Shown here one piece after another: positions 38,546 through 55,601 of a DNA stretch of 64,000 nucleotides. Position 1 is the stretch's first letter; the number at the start of each line of letters is the position of its first letter. Position numbers and translations under genes: made by a program. Source of the stretch: Octopus vulgaris (Eukaryota); the NCBI GenBank assembly GCA_951406725.2, contig OX597837.1, positions 2,356,001-2,420,000 on the forward strand, read 5' to 3'. A model generated the notes under the pieces. That model was not told the origin of the DNA and searched no databases. It saw nothing but the letters and a program-made list of their open reading frames with translations.

Positions 38546-38924
38546 CCTATAATTTATTATCATCATCATCATAAACGTCATCATAACCATCTTTTTTCTA
38601 TGCATGATCCATATTTGAAAATGTTTCTCTTCCTCCATCTCCTCCTCCTCTTCATCCCCTCCCCCCACCTGTCTTCCTTTCTCACCATAACAATGCAACG
38701 CAACAGCGACATTGATTTTCTAACGATTTATACTTTTTGGCGGTTTTCTTGTGGCAAAAAAATATATAAGAAAGGGAAAAAAACATTGTTGGTTTAATTT
38801 GTTCTTTAAAATGCATATTCCCCTCGACATACGCATACACACATCTAAGAGAACACCCACCATGTACGTATATATACATGAACACATACACACACAAATA
38901 AATATGTATATATACATACATATA

Positions 38925-38984
<60 letters not shown>

Positions 38985-39061
38985 TACGTATATGTGTCTA
39001 TATATATACATATACACACACAGATATATATATGCATGTGTATGTATGTATGTATGTATAT

Positions 39062-39131
<70 letters not shown>

Positions 39132-39347
39132 GTACGTATATATGTAAGTATGTATATACTTACATAACTATACACACGAATATATATAGGCATGTAAATA
39201 TAAGCGAATATATATATATATACATAAATACAAAAACATGAATAGATATATATTAATGTAAATGTGATATGTAAATATATGTATTATATATATATACATA
39301 TATAAACACAAATATACATATCTATTTTATGTCTCTGTGTGTGTATT

Positions 39348-39397
<50 letters not shown>

Positions 39398-39411
39398 CAT
39401 ACATACATACA

Positions 39412-39443
<32 letters not shown>

Positions 39444-39659
39444 GATACATACACATTTGTGTACTCTAACATGTTCGGTGTATTTACATATCAGTGGCAT
39501 TGTATCTTGTCGTACAATATTGCGATATAATGCTTGTCTTCTTGTCTTGTTATTTTTGTTATTTTATTTTCTTTATTTATTTATTTATTTTTTGCCCAGC
39601 AGCGAATAAAAGAAAGATTTTCGTTATTACTTCTGCTGTAATAATTATCATCATCGTTA

Positions 39660-41700
<2,041 letters not shown>

Positions 41701-42526
41701 GCTCAAATGAATAAATAAGTGTTTAAATAAATGAAAATGAAGCAGAAGAAAAATGAAGACGTGAGGGGGAGAGGGAAAGGAGAAGTAAAAAGGGTCCTGT
41801 GTCACGTGCTAAATACATCGATCTATCTAATCGATGAAGACTCCATAGACGCAGGGTGAAGGGGGTAGAGTGTAAATAACTATACGGATAAAGATATCCC
41901 CCCACACACACACAAACTCACGCGCACATTGCCAACAACATCAACACAAACAACAACAGCCAGCATTTGACAGAAGCAATTGACGCCATTTTGGTTCAAC
42001 CTGTTAATGAAAGGAAAACTTAAGACACAGAACAGACATCGGTCGCCACAGGCAGACGATGACTCATTGAACCAAACCCGTTCCATCGCTCTTCCATCCC
42101 ACCCCAGGCACTGAACATACGCTTTGTTTCTTCACCTCATCATTATCTATCAAGATCACTACCTACCTACCTCTCTATCTGTCCACATATCTACCTATCT
42201 ATCTTTCTGTCTATCTCTCTGTCTGGTTTTCTACCTGTCTATTAATCTGATCATCTATTTAGCAATTTGTCTATCTAACAATCTATCTATCAAGCTGTCA
42301 GTCTAAAGGTCTACCAATCTATCTATCTATCTATCCCCTCTACTATCAAACACTTTATCAATGTTTATCTCTCTGCCTGTCTCACTATTCATATCATTAT
42401 CTATCTACCCACCTATCTACCTTAAGGTACACCTATCAGCCAATTTTCATCTTTATTCTTATCGTTCAATCCACAACTATTCATATGTTTGTGCATGCTT
42501 TTGTGTCTATGCATATACACACACAA

Positions 42527-42561
<35 letters not shown>

Positions 42562-42621
42562 GACACAGGACGGAAACTGAAAGAAGCCTGTCGTATGTAT
42601 TTATATATATATATATATAAA

Positions 42622-42824
42622 GTTAATCCAAACATGAAAACACAAAGAGAAAACGCGAGGACGTGGAACAATTATAGTATTATTGGACGCTCAGGAAGGA
42701 AGGGAAGAAGGAGGGTTTAACGTTTCGAGCGGAGCTCTTCGTCAGAAACATAGGAAAAGGAAAGATCCAGAGAAGGGAAGACGGAGGAAAAAAAATCGCC
42801 AACGGTACACACGCGGTCACATTT
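42622..42824 (-). mobile_element. ~205-bp hammerhead-bearing repeat, copy 2
   Basis: Highly similar to 32983-33192; inserted in a (TA)/(TACA) tract after a family A SINE fragment. Confidence 0.8.
42715..42749 (-). ncRNA. Very short (35-nt) hammerhead ribozyme motif
   Basis: guuu CUGACGA a GAGC-ucc-GCUC GAAAC GUU aaac; stem III reduced to the palindrome ACGU. Confidence 0.72.
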
Positions 42825-43251
42825 ATATACATATACATACATACATACATACATACATACATACATACATACATACATACATACATACATACATACATAC
42901 ATACATACACAGGGAAGCAACCAAGCAGAACGACAAACTTAACCACCGAATAAACAAGACGTCAGCAGTACTTTAACGAATCGAAAATCAGATCTGCTCG
43001 CGGGAAAAATTATGAATACACCGGATTCAAAATCACACCGTTACAAGCGAAAGTTCCTGCACACAACGGAAAGAGGATCAGAGAAATTGTAAATAAAATT
43101 CCTTTTTTTAAATATTTTCATTTCTCCCTTGTATTTTTTTTTTCTTTCTTAACTCACTATGACTGAAACTTTACTGGTATTCATTCCTTGTCGATCACTA
43201 AGGAACTTTCTACATTCAAACAAATTGATGCACAGTTTTAATATTATTGAC

Positions 43252-43392
43252 TGTTACGAACATTTAAGCATGTCAACATCGAAATCTTTGAACATGTTTG
43301 TCTAATTCATAATTCTAAATTTGTTATGGACATTTAAATTTGTGACCATTGAAACTTTTAAAGATGTCTTTCTAATTCATAATTTAAAATTT
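43252..43392 (+). repeat. Degenerate ~70-bp tandem duplication
   Basis: TCTAATTCATAATT and ACATTTAA each occur twice, about 70 bp apart. Confidence 0.65.
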
Positions 43393-43655
43393 TTATCATT
43401 GATAAACAAAAAATATATTGTTGAAACTAGTTTAGTATATATATGCAAATAAATTTATTTTAAACAATTACAAGGTTTTCAAATGTAGGTGCATCTTCAA
43501 CAACAAATTTGCCCATATACATAGAAATGAACCTGGGTTTCTGAAGGTAAAGCCGCTTGATCCCACTTTCTGTTAAATATGGACAACTAGTCTGAACAGA
43601 TCCATTCTAGTTATACTTGTGTCTTTATATATATATCTATATATATATATATGTA

Positions 43656-43922
43656 TGAGCGGGACTGCTGAAAAGATCCTGGCTTTAAGAGTAGTAAGAA
43701 AAGCCAGGTTGGAGGCCTTTATGGGGCTTAGAAAAATTGAAGGACCGTTGCAATAAGTCTGTAAATCTGAGCGGGGAAAATGTTAAATCAAATTATAATT
43801 AATTGAATCAAATAATAATTATGAAGATGATATAATTATAATTATATAATCAGTTAATTATAATTCTCCTGCATTTTCTTTTAACCAAAACCAGGAACTT
43901 TTTCAGCCCCCCCCCACCCGCA
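43656..43922 (+). mobile_element. Non-autonomous mariner deletion derivative (MITE)
   Basis: TIR cores GCTGAAAAGATCCTGG and CCAGGAACTTTTTCAGC, TA flanks, internal GLEKLKDRCNKSVNLSGENV resembling a mariner transposase C-terminus. Confidence 0.75.
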
Positions 43923-43998
43923 TATGTGTGTTTGCATGATATATATACATACATTTCTATGTATATGTATATATATAATTCACACACACTCGCACACA

Positions 43999-44034
<36 letters not shown>

Positions 44035-44037
<3 letters not shown>

Positions 44038-44179
44038 TGACTGCATGGGTGTGTAGTAAAAAGTTTGTTTCCCAGCCACATGTTTCTAGGTTCAGTCCCA
44101 CTGCATGACACCATGGCACCTTGGGCAAGTGCCTTCTAATATGCCGGTTTTGGTAGACGGAAACTGAAATAAGCCGATC

Positions 44180-44223
<44 letters not shown>

Positions 44224-44274
44224 GTGTGTGTGCTGTATAAATGTATGTTATGTATGTATGTATATATCTATATA

Positions 44275-44313
<39 letters not shown>

Positions 44314-44950
44314 GTGTGTGTGTGTGTATGTATGAATGTATGTTATGTATGTATGTATATATTTATATATGTGTGTATACATATATATATATATATACAT
44401 ATATAATTTTGTATGTGCATTACCGTGTCTGTGTCCTCCATCTTTGACAACCGGTGTTGGTGAGTTTATGTCTCCGTGACTTAGCGTTCGGTAAAGAGAC
44501 CGATAGAATAAGTAGCAGTCTTAACGAAAATAGGTACTAGGTGGTTTCCTTCGACTAAAAATTCAAGGCGGTGCCCCAGCATATGTTGTATATACGACGG
44601 GCTTCATTCAGTTTCCGTCAACCAAATCCACTCACAAGACTTTGGTCGGGGCGAGATTAAAGAAGATACATGCCCAAGGTGCCACACAGTGGGACTGAAC
44701 CGGGAACTATATGGTTGAGAAGTAAGCTCCTAACCACACAGCCACACCTGCGCCTATACAAAGGTTTTTGGCACAGTCCCTGAGATTTTAAGGGGAGGGG
44801 CAGGTCGATTACATCAACCCTAGCACTTGAATGGTACTTTATTTTATTGACCCGAAAGGACGAAAGGCAACGCTGACCTCGGCGGAATGTTAACTATGAA
44901 CGAAACACCAAAACATTTTGTCCGACGCACTAAGGATTCTGGCCGCTTAC
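44035..44950. mobile_element. SINE cluster: A (+, 44035-44582), A 5' half (-, 44594-44755), B (-, 44757-44950)
   Basis: Family motifs as above. Confidence 0.8.
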
Positions 44951-45107
44951 TGCATTCGAACTGGTTATAGTGAAAGGTTCTTCGTCCTTTTTTTTTCTTT
45001 TTTGGCATCACGGTCGCCACTTGTATCAGTCCTACTTTAATGGAGGCTTACAGCAGGTTGCTACCAAGTGTTACCCAGTCTAGGGACAAAGACACCACCG
45101 CTGGTCA

Positions 45108-45117
45108 GTGTTGTTGT

Positions 45118-45153
<36 letters not shown>

Positions 45154-45622
45154 GGATGATAACGATCATGGTGGTGGTGATGGTGGTGGTGGTAGTGGTG
45201 GTTGTGGTGATGAGGATGATGATGATAATGATGTGGTGATGGTGGTGGTGATAGTGATGGTGGTGATGGTGATGGTGGTGATGACGACGTCGATGATAAT
45301 GATGAGGAGGAAGGGAATTTATGTGGTGACGGTAGTGGTGGTGGTTGTGGTTGTGGTGATGATGATGACAATGATGAAGAAAAGAGGAGAGGAGAAGAAG
45401 AAGAAGAAGAAGAAGAAGAAGAAGAAAAAGTGGAATAGAATAGGAAGAGGTGTAGGGGTGGAGGAGGCAGAGCGGGTGATGTGGTGTGGTGGTGATGATG
45501 ATGATGATTATGATGACGATCATGGTAGTGGTGATGGTGGTGGTGGTGATAATGGTGATGATAATGATGATTGTGATGATGATCATGGTAATGGTGGTGG
45601 TGGTGGTGGTGGTGGTGGTAGT
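45108..45622. repeat. (GAT)n/(GGT)n/(GAA)n trinucleotide tract
   Basis: Directly visible. Confidence 0.9.
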
Positions 45623-46579
45623 TATTCAATTCTCTTCCAAGAAGATTAATTATTTACACTGTGATGTCAGGAGGAAAGTAATTTCAACTCCCTCCTCCTA
45701 CTTCTCTCTCCGTCTACTCTCCTCCTACTTCTACCTTCTTCTCCTTTTTTTCTTTCTTCCCATCCTTCTTTTATTCTCTCGCCACACCTCCATCCACTTG
45801 CGTTTTTGTAGTATTATTTTCATTTTGTTAGCTTTTTTATTATTTTCGGCTGTGAGATATATGTGTGTGTGTGTGAGGGAGAGAGAGGGGGAAAAGATAT
45901 ATATATATATATACCTTTTCCTCTCTCTCTCCCTCACACTCTGTGATCACTCCCTCTAATTATTTGGTCCCTCTAATTTCTTTCCCCTCTCTACTACTCC
46001 TTCGTCACTTTGCCTTCTTCAACTCCTCCCCTCCCCTACCCCATGATCGCCGTTCGGTTTATGCATTGTCGACCTTTTCAGCTGACCGCCTTTGAGGTCA
46101 ATCGCATCTATTCTCTCTCGCCACCCGCTCGGTTAAGAATTTTCCATTCCCTTTTTCCTTGCACTATCTTACTACACTGTCTTATAGTCGAAAGACCGTT
46201 TGTTTTGTTTCACTTTTGTTGTATGGCCGAAAGGCTTCTGTCCTTTGTGTATGTATAATTCTATTCCTTATGTTACGTTCATCCCATAGTCGAAAGACCC
46301 TTTCTGTTTGTTATTTCCTTATGTTTGTATATATACATTCGTTTGCCTTGCTCAGGGGCTTAATGCGTTCAGCTTAAGCCCTTGGCTCAACTGGTTTCGA
46401 TTAGTATCGGAGAGGACTGGACAAAACCACGTGGACATTCCAGACTCCGACTAAAGAAGTAATTGGCTGGGAATGATCCGTGTATCTTGTTTTGTCCTGT
46501 TGGCCGATGTTGTGCTACCATCCTTTTCCTTCTTGTTATGTTTTCCGTTTCTGGTGTTTTTTACCTTTGAATTATATAT

Positions 46580-46990
46580 ATATAGCAGAACTTGAGGCGG
46601 GTCAGTGGTTCAGAGATACTATACAAGAAAGATTGCATCAACGGAACAGCTGAGCTACTGGGAGAGGCTGAAAGAGCTACGACCCTACTCCCTGGAGCGA
46701 AGAGGGGAAAGGTATGCAGTGATATATATGTGGAAGATACTGGAGGGGCTGGCACCAAACTTTGGAATTGAGAGTTATTCCAGACCTCAAAATGGATGTC
46801 ACTGCACTGTTCGAAAAGTCCTGGCTGTCTCATCTAGGGCGAGGACCATGTACTACAATAGCTTGGGATTCAAGGGCCCACAGCTATTTATCGCCTTGCC
46901 AAAACATCTGAGGGACCTCCATGGAGTGGGAGTAGATGTTTTCAAGAAACAACTTGACCTCTTCCTCTCTAAAATCTCAGACGAACCAAT
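46580..46990 (+). mobile_element. CR1-group LINE ORF2 C-terminal fragment
   Basis: QRYYTRKI..LSYWERLKELRPYSLERRGERY..GPQLFIALPKHLRD..VDVFKKQLDLFLSKISDEP matches the CR1-type Y.ERL..L.LYSLERRR and WN.LP....F.K.LD signature. Confidence 0.88.
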
Positions 46991-46991
46991 A

Positions 46992-47399
46992 TCTGATAAG
47001 TGTACATCAGACACATGCATCACAGCCATATATGCGCGACACGGTGATCTCATATCAAGATAAACAGCACATGATCTTGCAGATGGGGCCTAGTTACAAT
47101 TATGTCAAGTAGCCCATCCCACTCAAAAGGTCCCTGAACAAGGGTTGTTTAAGGATGTTGGCCAAAACACCCATGTGTCTAGAAGTATTTTACCCAAACC
47201 CCAAAGAATCCCTCTCAACAGATGGCTATGATGTTCCCCCACTACATCTACTCGTGATCAGAAATGCACATACTGTCAGCCACCAAGGGACATGCTCAGT
47301 TTGTTAGGGTCAAACAATTGCTGTAACCCATCTTTTATACCAAAACAAAACAATGTACGTAACACTTCCAATCAGTTAAGATTGGTACTGCATCAGGGC

Positions 47400-47403
<4 letters not shown>
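46992..47403. mobile_element. Family E copy, fused to the CR1 fragment and ending in (ATT)n
   Basis: Colinear with 63310-63787, with internal deletions. Confidence 0.85.
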
Positions 47404-47436
<33 letters not shown>

Positions 47437-47471
47437 GTTGTTGTTGTTGTTGTTGTTATAATTATTATTAT

Positions 47472-47503
<32 letters not shown>

Positions 47504-47779
47504 TTATTATTATTATTACTAACATCATCATCTTCAACATCATCATCATCATCTTATCGTCTCACTATTCTCTTTTCGATCCATGTATATGGAAATATAT
47601 GAGTATAGATATTTATTTGTATATTTATACGTGTGTGTGTGTGTGTGTTTGCATGTATATATCTACATATACGCAAATACACACATATACACGTGTATAT
47701 ACATACTACTATATACGGACGCGTGTATGCCTTCGAAATATAATGAATATAGAAAAATGTATATGTGATTGTATATATA

Positions 47780-47815
<36 letters not shown>

Positions 47816-48987
47816 TGTATGTATGTATGTATGTATGTATGTATGTATGTATGTATGTATGTATGCATGTATGTATGTATGTGTACATATAAGTAGCTAG
47901 ATACTTAGATATAGATATAGATATATACATATGTAGATAAATATATACATATATATACATATACATATACATATATACATATACATATATAAACGTAGAT
48001 ATATACATATGTATACACATATATATATACACACACACATATATATATACATACATATATATATTATATATATAAATATATGAATCTATTTATGTATGTA
48101 TATAAAAAAAACTCGGGACATACATAGTCATATGAAGACAGTCTATATTGCATGTATAGCATGTGAAAAGCGTTGTTCAAAAGCGCTTCCGCTGGAATAA
48201 CACAAATATCAGAGCCGCCATTTTCTTGTGTAATATCGGTTTTGTGTTTGAGCAAGATGAAGCAAGCAACATGATGGTTATGAAGTCTATTGCCGGCAGC
48301 CAGCCAGGCAGACAGACAGCCTGACAGACAGGCAGCTAGGAAGGCAATCATCTTGTACTGTTTATTAAGACATTCATTCGTCATTACACTTTTACAGCTC
48401 TATTATTGCATCGGGAGGCAAAATGGAAGGTAATTTAGCGAAGAAGAAAGAGGAGAAGAAGGAGAAAAGTGAAAGAGGAATGAATGACTGAAAGAAAAAA
48501 AAAAGAAAAGAATTCAAGAAAATATGGAAAAAATGTCTTCCATCGAAGAGATTGAATTGAGAGAGGATTGTAAAACCTTATGTTGATGATGATCATGATG
48601 ATGATGATCATGATGAAGAGTAGGAGTAAGAGAAGGAAAAACAAGAGAAAGAAAGAGGAAGAGTGGATAAAGTTTATTAGGTGGTATTGGAAGTGGTGGT
48701 GGTGGTGGTGGTGGTGGCGGTAGGGTTGATGTTGATAGTATGATTTGGTTTTTTTCAGTGGTGATGGTGTTAGTGCTGCTGGTATACCATTGTATATACA
48801 CACATACATATATGTGTGTGTGTGTGTAATATAATACAGTATATCATATATATATAAATATATATATATGATATACTATATTATATTACATATGTATATC
48901 ATATTACACGCACACACAAACATATATATATATCCTATATTATATTTCATATATATATATTATATATATGTGCATATATACATGATA

Positions 48988-49025
<38 letters not shown>

Positions 49026-49949
49026 ACACAAACACACACACAAATACACACACATGTATATATGTAAATATATATCAATGTATATTTGTATATATAGAAA
49101 TACAAGTATATATATATATATGTGTGTGTATGTACATATTTATATACATACATACATACATACATACATATATTCATGCATATGTACACACATACATGTA
49201 TGCATACATACATACATTCCTACATGCCTACTTGGCGTACATGTCCGCTCATGCGTCCGCTAGCACAGCAATATGCTTCATCACAGAACACTGAAACAAA
49301 TTCGACCAGAAAATCTAAGCATCAAATCCCATCTACAGAATGGATATCACCAACAAAAAACCAACGATTAAAGATGAGTGGAATTCTCAGAATAGTACAA
49401 CGCAATGGTAAAATTATTTCAAGCTAACAAGGTATACCAAAAGAGAACTTGGTGACTGGCATCTGTGAGACTGTGTATATATATGTGTGTGTGTGTGCGT
49501 ATGCGGATATAAGAGTACATATATATATAGATGTTTTTACTCAGTATTTTTACAAATTTTTTTTTTTGGGGGGTATGTATAATCCTTTTTGTGCGTGCGT
49601 GTGTGTGTATGCGTATATAGACCTGTGCGGGTATGTACATATTTGGGCGTGTGTGTGTGTGGGCGGGTGCATAAGGGTATGTATGCATATGAACGTGGTT
49701 TACTCTTTGTATACTTCCTTATGCCTTTTTTCTGTATTGTTACCCTTAACCCTGTTGTTCTTTGTGCTTGTGCGTATGTAGACGTATGTATGAACTTTTA
49801 CGGTGTGTGTGTATGAGTTTGTATATATATGCATATACATTTGGCGGAAAATGCGATTGAAGATGTGTACATTTTCATAGTGATGTATGCGTACCCACGA
49901 GGACGTGCGAGCGCACATGTGTATGTATGAACAGACACGCTTACGCCTT

Positions 49950-50236
49950 TACTATGAAGTTTTAACCTTATTTAGCGGTCTTTCGAATTAGCGCTTTTGT
50001 ATAATTAGCGGTCTATAACACAGTAATTTCCCTTTGTATAACGGTCTTTTTTCATAGCGTTTTTCAGATCGCCAGATAACTGAAGATATGGTGGTGTGGA
50101 TTTCCACCTCGGCAACCGAAACTCAGAGTTTTATCTTGTCTACCGAGTAATTGTCACATATTTTTACAGATAAATTCCTCTATTTACATAATATTGAGGT
50201 CTCTTTCTTTCTTTTGTTATCTTACCGTTTTACCAA
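49950..50236 (+). mobile_element. Hammerhead-bearing repeat remnant (pLTR-like)
   Basis: Short repeated TTAGCGGTCT units, then the hammerhead motif and an AT-rich tail ending in (TA)n. Confidence 0.55.
50074..50136 (+). ncRNA. Type I hammerhead ribozyme motif
   Basis: agauaa CUGAAGA uau GGU..GUGG-auuu-CCAC..ACC GAAAC ucaga GUU uuaucu; stem I 6 bp perfect; stem III ACUC-a-GAGU; stem II eroded. Confidence 0.65.
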
Positions 50237-50269
50237 TATATATATATATATATATATACATGCATACGT

Positions 50270-50835
<566 letters not shown>

Positions 50836-51434
50836 GTTACAAGTGCCAAACTTGGCGTCTTCTGTAAATCGTAAAACCGTTCCAAATTTCTACACGAAAG
50901 CATCTTTACCAATTTGTCCCTTTTAAACGACTGACCCTGAGTAACTGAACTTCCACAAACTTTGGTTCTTTTTGTTTTTGTTTTTGTTATTGTAGTAGTT
51001 TAGCTCTGGTTCAATCTCCACTTTCAGCAAACCTAGACCTATGGCCAAAGACTTTCCAGTCATGACCACCCTATTCTGCTTTCGTTTATTATCATCGCAA
51101 CGTCAAATATACAAGTTGAATTTTTACAGGATTTTTTTGCCAAAAGACGCCGTCCAACAGGATTTTCATCCCAGATTGGTGAAGATTTAGCTGCTATTTC
51201 TAACAGATCCCCCGATCACCTGGTCAAACCTCATTAGCTTAATGGTGAAGAGACATAAAGCGAAGCCTGGTTTATATATGTTTATACATATGGAAATACG
51301 TGCTTTTCGGTCATTAGTTTTGCTGTTGAATACCGCACATATCTATACATACACACACACACATATGTGCATATATATATATATATGATGTGTGTAGATA
51401 TATAGATATATACATATATATATAATGTGTTGAC

Positions 51435-51504
<70 letters not shown>

Positions 51505-51858
51505 CATGCATATAATGTTTACATATATATATAAATATAAATATATGCATATATATATGTGTGTGTGTGTGTAGTTTGTTGCACGGGGTAAGTTTCTACA
51601 TGAAGGGTTTGGACTGAATCAGTGAGGCGGGGTGGAGGAGGGCGGGAATACAATTATCTTACCTTGATGGTAGCAATTTATAGGGGACACAAAATAAACG
51701 GGGAGATAACAAGAGACGACACTGAAAGGGAGAAGGTGATTCGGGCGGGCGGGGGGGACAGTGTGAACGAGCCAAGCAGCAAAATATGGCGTCAGAATGT
51801 GTGTTGGTATCTCTCTCTCTCTCTCTCTATGCATGTATGTATATATACATATATGTAC

Positions 51859-51954
<96 letters not shown>

Positions 51955-52045
51955 AAGGATTACCTATATATTTAGCTTTGCATGGAAACGAACATTGAAA
52001 CTTGCACATATGCATATATACCTGCAGACACACACACACCACGCC

Positions 52046-52121
<76 letters not shown>

Positions 52122-52412
52122 CATACATGAGCATCCACACGCACACACAAATATTCACGCACACACACACACATATAGGTACATGTCTTAAATTTGACCA
52201 ATCAGACATCTGGGCGCCAGGCTTATGTCAAAGCTGGATGGGGATGGGGAATCCATATAGGAGGAAGCAGATGGGGGAGGAGGAGGAGGCACATGGGGAA
52301 GGTGAAGAGGACGACAACGACGACGAAAATATTACTTTCACCCCAACTCTATTTTCTACAGAATTTGATGTCCGTTCCCACTCTCTCTCCCTCTCTCTCT
52401 TTCTCTCTCTTC

Positions 52413-52459
<47 letters not shown>

Positions 52460-52551
52460 TATATATATATAAGTATATATATATATATATATTTATATGA
52501 ATATATATATAAGTATATATATATATATATCTGAATATATATATAAGTATA

Positions 52552-52589
<38 letters not shown>

Positions 52590-52633
52590 CATACATATAT
52601 ATGTACATACATATATCATACACGTATGCATGT

Positions 52634-52664
<31 letters not shown>

Positions 52665-53596
52665 CATACATATACATACATAAATATATATGCGCATGTA
52701 TGTATATATCTATGTATGTATGCATGTATGTAAGTATATATAAATCGTATACCACACAAACTCACGCGCGTGTATACACTTATAGCAAGCCGTCTTCTGT
52801 GTGACTTGACAATACGGTAATAACGAGCTAGAATGCGAGAAAATCCGTGACAATTCGGTCCCTACTTCGAAGCCGGCTGATCCTGTCACGCCATCATTTT
52901 CCACCGAACCCAATCACAACACAGAAAACAAACGAACATAAAAGAAGAAAAATTAATAAAAAATCAATAAAAACACCAAGAAAAAAAAAACGTATAATGT
53001 CCGCCATACAAAAGTGATAACCAGATAGAAGTATGTTTGTGATACGATAAACAGAACAGGGAATTAAAGGATATCAGATATCTATATACAAATGGATTCA
53101 TAGTCACTGTCGATCGTTTCACTTGGGTGTTATTTGTCTTTGTTGTTTTGTTTCCTTTGTTGTTGTTGTTGTTGTTTTTTACTTTCTTTTCTGTTTTCCT
53201 TTCTTCTTCGGATAACACGAATGACTTGCTTGTTTAGCTCCAGGTCAGATCTGGTCAAGTCGATCTCTGATCAAACGTGTTGCAGCCATCATATATGTGT
53301 ATATACGTGTGTGTGTACGTGTGCCTATGTGTAAATATATATACATCTAAACACAGGCGCGCACACATACACACACACAACATATATATAAATATATATG
53401 TATCCATTTATATACACATATACGTATATATACACATGTATGTGTGAGTGTGTATACACATATACATAAATAATTGTACGTGTATATGTATATGGTATAT
53501 AAACTATACACATATTTGCTACATATAAGTATATATATATGTGTGTATATGTATAGATATAGATATATCATATGTATGAACCAATATATGATAGGT

Positions 53597-53735
53597 AGTT
53601 CAAATTCCGCGGAGGTCGACTTTGCCTTTCATCCTTTCGAGGTCGATGAATTAAGTACCAGTTGCGTACTGAGGTCGATATAATCGACTAGTCCTCTTCT
53701 CAAAAATTTCGGGCCTTGAGCCTAGAGTAGAAAAG
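53597..53735 (+). mobile_element. SINE family B, 5'-truncated
   Basis: AGTTCAAATTCCGCGGAGGTCGACTTTGCCTTTCATCCTTTCGAGGTCGAT. Confidence 0.85.
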
Positions 53736-53765
53736 ATTAGTATATCACAGACAGACGGACGGACG

Positions 53766-53890
<125 letters not shown>

Positions 53891-53939
53891 GTAGATAGAT
53901 AGATAGATAGATATGTTTGTATGAATGTATGTGTGTATA

Positions 53940-54159
53940 TTCTTTTACTTGTTTCAATTATTTGACTGCGGCCATGCTGGAGCACCGCCTTTAGTCGACG
54001 CCAGGACTTATTCTTTGTAGGCAAAGTACTTATTTTATCGCTATATTTTGCCGAACCGCTAAGTTACGAGGACGTAAACACATCGGCATCGATGTAGGGG
54101 TGGGGAGACAAACACAAACACACAAACATGTACATACATATACATATATATATATATAT

Positions 54160-54201
<42 letters not shown>

Positions 54202-54212
54202 GACGGGCTTGT
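53940..54212 (-). mobile_element. SINE family A 3' half
   Basis: Reverse complement of the family A tail and internal microsatellite. Confidence 0.83.
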
Positions 54213-54597
54213 TCGTATGTGTGCATATTTTACTTACAAATGGAACAGTACTGGATGTATTCTCTGCGACTCCCTGAGTTGAGAGATCAAATCCCGTAAT
54301 AGTCTCCGTGGGTGGTAGACTTCACCTCTCTCACTCTCAAGCTCGTTTACTTTAGACTCCTCCCTCTCCCCACTCATCCTGCCAATGTTGGTAATCGTGA
54401 AACACACTAATGCCTCGTATTGTCAACTACTACAGATTCCCACTCCAGGTCGCTGTGACCGAATTCATGGACAACAATATGAAACCATGGCATGCGACTA
54501 ACAAACATTAGCTACAATTACACAGTATGTATTGTATTGAGTGCTTGCAGTTTCAAATATAGATAATAAAATGTCTTCTATCCATGTTATTTATGAA

Positions 54598-54764
54598 TTT
54601 GTGTGGTAAGTAGCTTGCTCACCAGCCACATGGTTCGGGGTTCAGTCCCACTGCGTGGTAGCTTGGGCAAGTGTCTTCTACTTTAGTCTCGGGCCGACCA
54701 AAGCCTTATGAGTGGATTTGGTAGATGGAAACTGAAAGAAGCCCGTCGTGTATATATGTATGTG

Positions 54765-54822
<58 letters not shown>

Positions 54823-55020
54823 TGTGTATCTTTGTGTGTCTGTGTTTGTCCCCCACCATCACTTGCCAATCGATGCTAGTAGCGGTTCGGCAAAAGAGAC
54901 CGATAGAATAAGTACCAAGCTTAAAAAGAATAAGTTGTAGGGTAGATTTGTTCGACTAAAGGCGGTGCTCCAGCATGGCCGCAGTCAAATGACTGGAACA
55001 AATAAAAGAGTAAAGAGTAA
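54598..55020 (+). mobile_element. SINE family A, near full length
   Basis: As 50270-50697. Confidence 0.9.
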
Positions 55021-55024
55021 TATT

Positions 55025-55058
<34 letters not shown>

Positions 55059-55083
<25 letters not shown>

Positions 55084-55335
55084 TGCATACATACATGCCT
55101 GCATAAATACATTCATTTATATACATGTACATGCATACACGAATACATAGAAACACACATGCATACATATATACATACATATCTCTCCCTATATATATAT
55201 GTGTGTATGTGATATGTATGTGTATATGTATGCATGTGTGTTTCTATGTATTCGTGTATGCATGTACATGTATATGAATGAATGTATTTATGCAGGCATG
55301 TATGTATCCATGTACATATATATATATATATATAT
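55059..55335. repeat. Near-perfect foldback of low-complexity DNA (arms ~55059-55183 and 55211-55335)
   Basis: CATGCCTGCATAAATACATTCAT/ATGAATGTATTTATGCAGGCATG and CACGAATACATAGAAACAC/GTGTTTCTATGTATTCGTG; about 3 mismatches. Confidence 0.88.
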
Positions 55336-55411
55336 GTGTGTGTAAGTATGTATGTATATGTATATATATATATGTATGTATATATCTCATTTTATAATAT
55401 ATATATGTATG

Positions 55412-55448
<37 letters not shown>

Positions 55449-55530
55449 ATGTATGTACGCATGTCTGTATGTATGTATGTATGTATGCATATATGTATAC
55501 ACACGCACATGCACACACATATATAAGTAC

Positions 55531-55601
<71 letters not shown>

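Noticed and set aside
45068-45649. 193-aa acidic/Gly/Lys-rich ORF and His-rich antisense ORFs
   Set aside because: Trinucleotide repeat tract open in several frames; no splice or homology support.
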